Both the position numbers and the translations under genes were made by a program. Below are positions 55,201-64,000 of a DNA stretch of 64,000 nucleotides, one piece after another. The notes under the pieces were generated by a model that did not search any database, was not told the origin of the DNA, and worked only from the letters and a program-made list of their open reading frames with translations. Position 1 is the stretch's first letter; every line of letters starts with the position of its first letter. Source of the stretch: Sphagnum compactum (lineage: Eukaryota); NCBI GenBank assembly GCA_965153455.1, contig OZ234493.1:35268213-35332212 (forward strand). Reading direction: 5' to 3'.

Positions 55201-55790
55201 ATCATCAATTCCATAAAAAGATGAAGATTGTTTTTGACCTCGTGGTTGGTTGGTTGGTATGTTTTGTTTGTGGTAACATGTTTTGATTTACTTCCCACGA
55301 GGCATTGTAAAAAGTGATTGGTTCATAATGCCCATTTCTAGCATTTACCATGTCATCATGATACAATAATTGTAATGTGCTATTGCTTATGAAATCGTCA
55401 CCCACTTGAAAGCACATCGCACAATTGTTTTGACCAAACATGGATGGGCTTATGTAAATAATTTGCCAAACAAAATATGGCATGATTATCACCCCATAAA
55501 CCTCTAGAATTGGCACTTATGCTCATTTTTTGAATATAGGTTTATAAAGAATTTATATCATGATCTTCATACAATAAATAAACATTGAAATGAATATCGG
55601 TCAATTCTTGAATTTGGGGGTTAATGGGTTGTTGAAGGGATTGTGCAAAATGGGTCATGCATTGAGTTTGGAGTTGAAGTTTGGGAATAATGAAGTAAAA
55701 ATGCCAAAGAATCAAACAAATAATCACCATGTACAAAAGGATATTTTGGAATTCGTTGAAGATGGTGACCATGAAGCACAAGATCAATGT
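49260..55790 (-). mobile_element. Decayed Helentron-type rolling-circle transposon (OTU - Rep/HUH - PIF1 helicase - EEP endonuclease)
   Basis: Minus-strand fragments in order: VHGDYLFDSL (~55730) and NGHYEPI (~55330), OTU-like; LEE*LISP..GQYNIKGSIINVP (~54450-54350); PLGLFQDPHCEELNFPTLFFGQ (~53930-53870); EFQSCRSQHDHGLL*VANAP (~53270-53210), HUH; QTHHHKKT..CQFNFPWPP; FITGGVSLGKNF (Walker A); QFPIQL..TIHRAQGLTLD; FNIRSL, CLNETH, IDDFN, IDHIW, WIDH*PI (endonuclease). Many stops and frameshifts. Termini not defined. Confidence 0.85.
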
Positions 55791-56269
55791 TCATTATGAG
55801 GTCAATTAAAAAAAAGGAAAATAAAAATATTCTTGTGTTTATGTAAGTTGATTAATGGGAGAATTTTAATGTTTTTCAACAAAATAATACAATGAAAAAC
55901 CCAAATAAAGTTTAAAATTAGTGGTTAGAAAACTACTTAAATGTTAATTAACTAATGTGTGAAGCAAAAACAAGAAAAAGAAAAGGGAAGATGTTGAGGG
56001 GGAAAAGGAAAAAAGAAAAGATAAGCCCAGTCCACAATGTTAGCTAAATAATCCTTGAGGAAAAAAAAGAAAAAAAGGGCAATGGCCATTATTAGGTATA
56101 CATTACCAAATGCACTATTCACCAAAATGCCATTAATTTGGAGACTTCAATTTCACCAAATACTTTTGAATTATAATAATGGTATAGTTTTTGGGCAAGA
56201 TAATGGAATATTGGCAAACACAAAAATTGGGGCAAAAAAAAAAACCCCCTAAACAATAAAGATAATATG

Positions 56270-56430
56270 GAGTGAGGTATATGGTGATATGTTGGTATGT
56301 GGTATGTGGAATGTGGTATATGATATGTTGGTATGTGGAATGTGGTATGTGATATGTGGGTATGCGAAAGGTGATATATTGGTATGTGGTATGTGGTATG
56401 TTGATGTTGATATGTTGGTATGGTGATAGG
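56270..56430. repeat. (TGGTATG)n-like degenerate simple repeat
   Basis: GGTATGTGGTATGTGGAATGTGGTAT... heptamer-like periodicity. Confidence 0.8.
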
Positions 56431-59400
56431 TATTGAAAACATGGATGTTTTTGTCAATTTTTTGATAAAAGTCATAAATGAACTAAAAAATCAGCAATAA
56501 GGAAAAAAAATAGTCATATTGAAACTTTAAAGGTGTGACCTTACAATATGTGGTAAAGACCTATCTACATATAAAAATAATGAACTACAAACAAAATACA
56601 AAATATCTCGATGAAAGCAAAATCCCAAAAAATTTCAAACAAGAAGAATCTCCAACAACTTTTTTAACAACCTTTACAACAACTTCTTGAGGTCGGAATT
56701 TCTCATTGTATTCAACAAGTTCCCCAATTGGACTCAAGTGGAAAGTACCAAAAACTTTCAAATTTCCAAGGAGGTTGATCATAAACATTCTTTCATTATA
56801 ATACTTTGCCATAAGATCCATTTCTTGGAATTTGAACAAAGGGAACAACCAAGGAGTTTTGACATGGGAAATGCATGGTGGACCATCAACAACCTCAATT
56901 GTGGTATTGATGTGAATATCAAAAGCGCATGTTGCAACAACTTTACACAAATTGTAGAAATAAAACTTGTTAAAAGGCTGTCAGTAATTATCACCAAGTT
57001 TGCATTTGGAGAAAACTCGTTTATAGGGTAGAGTGGAAGGAGTTGTGACCATCAAACACCCATCAACTTAATAAAAAAAATCAGGTGTTAGAAAGTTGAA
57101 TATCTCAAATCAAATCTGACAAATTATATTAAAATAAGAAAATTATAACTAAATAAAATAGATTGTGCATCATCATCGCAAAAATCGACCCACATACATT
57201 CATTACTTTGGAAGAGCAATACAAAAATCAAATAAAAAGAGTGTTGGGAGGATGACTATTTCCTTGTAGATTGAATCCTAGGTTGAAAAGCTCTTTGTTT
57301 TTAGACGTGTGAGGACATGTTTTGTTGGAACTCACTAGAAATCAAATGTAGCAATTTTGACCTAGCCAGTAACAAACTTAATGTTCATAGAGCCATTTAG
57401 GAATGCCTACATAGAAGGTATGGCCCGACTTTTAAACCCTAAATACATAGACACATAAAACCCTCATCCACTAGACTTCTTCTTTCTGCGGACCTTAACA
57501 ACCAAGTTTGCAGTTCATGTGCAATTAATCGAATTGACCTATAAAGAATGTAGTTTATTGAACTCGAAGCTCACTCAGGGAGACTTTGAAGCTTACAGCG
57601 AAAGGATACAAGGTGCAACTCGAACTACACTTGTTTCTTAGGGCTCGTGTCCTCCCCCCTAGTTTTATTTTCATAAATGTGCGCCACTTTTAATGTAAAT
57701 GTTATATTGGAATTGAACTTTTTCCCTCTCCCATGTCATCCCCAAGTTTGTTTGTAGCAAGAACAATATGCCAATTATTGATATATGCAATGAGTCCAGC
57801 TCTAAACCTTCTAAGTAATTAGAACAACTAGTGAGTGAGTGAGTGAGTGAGTGAGGAGGAGGATTAGGGTTACCATGTTGTGAACTCTTGGTCTAGGGAC
57901 ATGAGCAAGACTAAATAGCATTAGCCTTTCACGGCAGCGTCATCGCAAAGCACACTGACCCCACCAGGGTGAGTAAAGAAGAGGAGAACTGGAATGAAAA
58001 AGATGGCGATGCCCATGTCGAGGTAGTCAACAATGACTAGCAAGCATGTAAGCTCACCATTGCCTCCTACATTCTTTCCTATCTAGTTGCTTCTAGATTG
58101 TCGTGTTTCTCTTTTTTTCACTCTTCTCTTGCTAATAAGTGGGTGTTGGGTTGAGGTACATGAAATTTCTTGATCATTGAATCCAATCCTTTTCCCAAGT
58201 TTTTGTTGTTTAAAAAACCCATATTTCACATCCCTTAGATTATTGTTTTAATGTTTAATGAGAGACATAAATTTAAAGAGATATTGAATGATTAGGAGTG
58301 CTCATTGATCCTCATCTTCGAGTTCTTCTTGCAGTGACAATTAGCAAAAATAAATTCCTTCATGTCTTCTTGGCAATGACTATGGCATTCTTTAAGTAAT
58401 CGCAGCCACTCCTTGCGAATGTATGTCTCCATGAAAACTATTTTGTCTATTTTCACATTTTCTGCTATCATGTTCGTTGTTTCGCTCTCTATGTTTCCTC
58501 TCTTCTATTAGGATTAATTTGGCTTCTATGCTAAGAAGAATGGAAGACCTGGACCACCTTATTCTTGAGTTGGATGAAGAAAAAAAACTCACAATTGTAA
58601 GAAAACCAAAAAATATATAATGAAACTAAACCTTAACTAAACTGAAACATGGATGCGTTTATTCGTTCGTTGTGATGATTGACATGTGACGCATCCTGGT
58701 TGTAATCAATTCCTACCTAAACTTTAAAACCTATTCCATTACTTTCATTATTTGTCTTGACAAAATAATTCGGTGAAAATTAGACAAAGTGTGGGAAAGT
58801 TGAAAAAGGTCTAAAGTCTCATGGATGGGTCATGGGGCATGGATGAGGATCACATGGGGGAACATGGGAGATGGGCGGATGGGGCTGAAACATAGCTCTC
58901 AAAACATTACATGTTTCGGTGGGATATGTTTTGAGGGCTCGGGCTACTCGAGCATCAAAACATGCATTGAGCCGCTCGTTGAAACATGACATGTTTTAGT
59001 GGGTGGTAAAGTTTTGAGGTTCTTGTTTCGAGGCTCATGTTTTGTGATGCGCGATTTTCAATCGACCAAAATGAATGCCGAATTGCCATCGAAACACGAC
59101 ATGTTTCCGTGTTGATTTGTTCTGAGGCCCTTGCTACCCGTGCGTGGAAACCCATGTCAGGCCACCTCAAAGCAAACATCACATTTACGACTTTGTCGCT
59201 GAAATAACATCGAGGCTTGGCACAACCACTAATTAAAAGGGACGTAGTGAACATAATAAATTTTTTCTTGAAAAAGCTTAGAGTTGATGACAATGATAAT
59301 CATGACATTGCAACTCCACCCACAGTGATGGAACAACTCCACAAAACTCAAGGACGAGGTCAACAAAACTAATGATGGAAATGAGCTTGAGAAAAAAAAT

Positions 59401-60259
59401 GGGGAAAACGAAAGAGGTAAGAAGCTATGTAAAAGGTTATGCACAGGTGTTAGGTAGGTACATTAAATTGGTAAGTATGTGGGAGAGCAAAGATGATGAG
59501 TAGCTAGGAGGTGAATTAGGGCAAATAGGATGGAACATATCTGAAATGGGTTCATCCCAAACTTTTTATGACAAGGTTTTCATTTGGATGGTGCATTGGT
59601 GGGTGTTGGCTCACATGGGCCCAATGTCAACATTCCTTTGCAAAACCTTTTATAGTTTTTGGAGTGTACCGAGAGGGCATGTTTATAGTGCACGTTTTCT
59701 TTTTGAACTCACAAGCAAGCATTTAGTTTTCAAAAATTTTATAAAAAAAACATAGAACCCTCCTATGTAAAATTGCACCAATTTTTACTCCAATTTATGC
59801 CATGTAAAACCCATGGTTGAGAATGTTATCAAAATCAAGCTTGCATTCACTTCTCACCTCGTGAGCCCTTATTTTGATAATGTTGTCTCAAGCTTTAGTC
59901 TACATGATAAAGGTCGGTGAGGTCAATTCAACCAATTTTTAGGTTCTTTAATTAGGTCGGATTTGTTGCATGGCTGAATTAGCTTGATAGCAAATATGTG
60001 ACATTAAATTTTAAATTTCTTTTCTTTTGAGATGCCTCCTACCTTTAACATAAGAGAGTGGGCAGGATTGTGCCGATTTTGGCTCCTAGATCGTTTGTAG
60101 CCTTGGCCTATGGGGCTTGGCTAGAGACTCACTAGGAGCTAGATTCAGTCAAAACTTGCCCTTTCCCTTGGACAAAATGGGGGACCAAATGAAGGCTACA
60201 TCATTTCAAAGTCCCAACTTTCACCTCTTCGTGACACACCTCCCATCACCATGGCCGAC

Positions 60260-60393
60260 CTATTACAGATGGTCAGTTGATTTTTGAGATGGAGAAATAT
60301 GGTCAAGCAAGCTATTACAGACGGTCAGTTGATTTTTGAGATGGAGAAATATGGTGGAGCTATTACAGACGGTGGGTTTTTGAGATGGAGAAA
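60260..60393. repeat. ~48-52-bp tandem triplication upstream of OTC
   Basis: CTATTACAGA(T/C)GGT..TTTTTGAGATGGAGAAAT at ~60260, 60312, 60360. Confidence 0.85.
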
Positions 60394-60766
60394 TTTTGAC
60401 ATCTAGTTTGAGCTAACTTGGCGTCCTGTAACTTTTCCCTTTTCCTTTTAAAAAATTCCTTTGAACATTTTCCAAATCTACAGTGTGTTTATTAATAAAG
60501 TTTTGCAGGGTTTCATCAACACAGAAACCGTTTTGCTGTGTACACGTCATGGGTTACACGTCATGGGCTATGTGGCCTTCCAAGTTGCCCAACAAGCACA
60601 ATCGCTTTGTGAATAAAGACAACAGCAGAGGTGCGGTGGCAGGTGACTCGGTGGGGCGTCGAACGCAAACCCAAAGGTAATCGGCGACAGTGACGAGGCA
60701 GCGTCGAAGGACGCAGTCAAAACACAGATAGCGAGGAGCCGGGGCCGAACAATAGCACACAGAGGC

Positions 60767-60820
60767 AGAGAGAGAGAGAGAGAGAGAGAGAGTGTGTGTG
60801 TGTGTGTGAGAGCGAGAGAG
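60767..60820 (+). repeat. Compound (GA)n(GT)n microsatellite in the probable OTC 5' UTR
   Basis: Direct reading; it ends about 30 bp upstream of the ATG. Confidence 0.9.
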
Positions 60821-60850
60821 AGTGGGAGAGAAAGAGGGGTGTGGAGTGCG

Positions 60851-62995
<2,145 letters not shown>

Positions 62996-64000
62996 TTTTA
63001 TATTTTACCTTCTGTACCCTTAGTATTTACTCCACAATTTAGTTTGTGTTCTAAAATACAAATTTGTAGGAGGATAAGGGCGAATGTGACAGCAGTGAGC
63101 TTGAGTAGGAGATGTCAAGATCTTTTGTTTCTGCTAGAATGTCCAAAAGTTGAGAGCAAGCCCTACTTGTTTTAGGCAAGTTGGACAAGGAAGGTACATC
63201 AGATTGCATTGCAGCAGGGGCTCATTAGAAGGTGCAGAGAAAAGAATTGTTTCCGGATAACAGTGTTCCCACCTGTGTCAACTAAAGTCTTGTTATCATA
63301 TTGGATGCATAATTGTAGTTGACACAGGTAAGTGAAGCTGTTGAGTGTGGCAGGCCATCTTCAAATGTCTCCATTTTGAATTGCATTATTCATGCAAATT
63401 TTGAACTTAGTGTGCCATAAGTGCAAGTTCAACAAGTATGATATTGCCAAGTAATTTGATGATCAACTTCTCAACCATTCAGTCCAGTGTCTGATGCACT
63501 CTGATGTGTTGTTGTGTTAGGTGCATTTGAATTGCAACTGAGCACACATGCTGCTGTTGGACAGTAGTGTCCATAGCTTCATTGAATATGGTACACTCAC
63601 TATCCATGCTTTTGAGTAACTCTCCTGGAGGATTCAGGACCTTGGTTCTGGCCTAGTCATGTCTTGGTTGAGAAATGCAAACTCTTGCAGTCTGTCAGTG
63701 GCTTGAAGCAAACTAAAGTCCTTTGATGGAATTTGCCCCTAGGGTACATTCTGCCTCCTATTGAGTCATTGTGTGGAGGATGGTAAAGTAGGTGGATAGC
63801 TTGCAGATATGATTCCCAATTGGAAACTGGAAAGTGGGGCTACTAGCATTAGGGAGCATGTGACTCGGCACCCACTGAAACCCCTCAAGTCATGAGGCTC
63901 CACCTGGTAACCTATCCTGTAAACCCTCCTACTCCCCCCTCATACTACCTAAGTAACTATGAATGTAGGTGGGTAAGCAACGTAGGTAATTACTGAAGAA

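Noticed and set aside
56585-57031. Overlapping 114-121-aa ORFs near the Helentron 5' side (possible captured gene fragment)
   Set aside because: I could not assign any family by eye; it needs a BLASTX search.

Overview
Eukaryotic, intron-containing land-plant DNA. The protein style and repeat families suggest a bryophyte, plausibly Sphagnum (inference, not checked). Three intact spliced genes sit as GC-richer islands in AT-rich, heavily decayed transposon DNA: an ILP1/GCFC (PAXBP1-like) splicing/transcription factor (-, 7 exons, ~1001 aa), eIF3j (-, 6 exons, ~225 aa) and a plastid-targeted ornithine carbamoyltransferase (+, 5 exons, ~385 aa). A pectate-lyase-like pseudogene with a long helical N-terminal extension lies at ~16.5-20.1 kb (-). 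Mobile DNA includes two hAT transposase relics, a MULE-SWIM relic split by a young internally deleted LTR element (5-bp TSD), other copies of that LTR family, several MITE-like elements, and a decayed Helentron-type rolling-circle element (OTU + HUH Rep + PIF1 helicase + APE-like endonuclease). The main oddities are the Helentron, a hairpin-unit minisatellite with 4-mer higher-order structure just upstream of eIF3j, and a ~230-bp inverted-repeat-bounded element present in two copies. All calls come from manual reading and translation; no searches were run.
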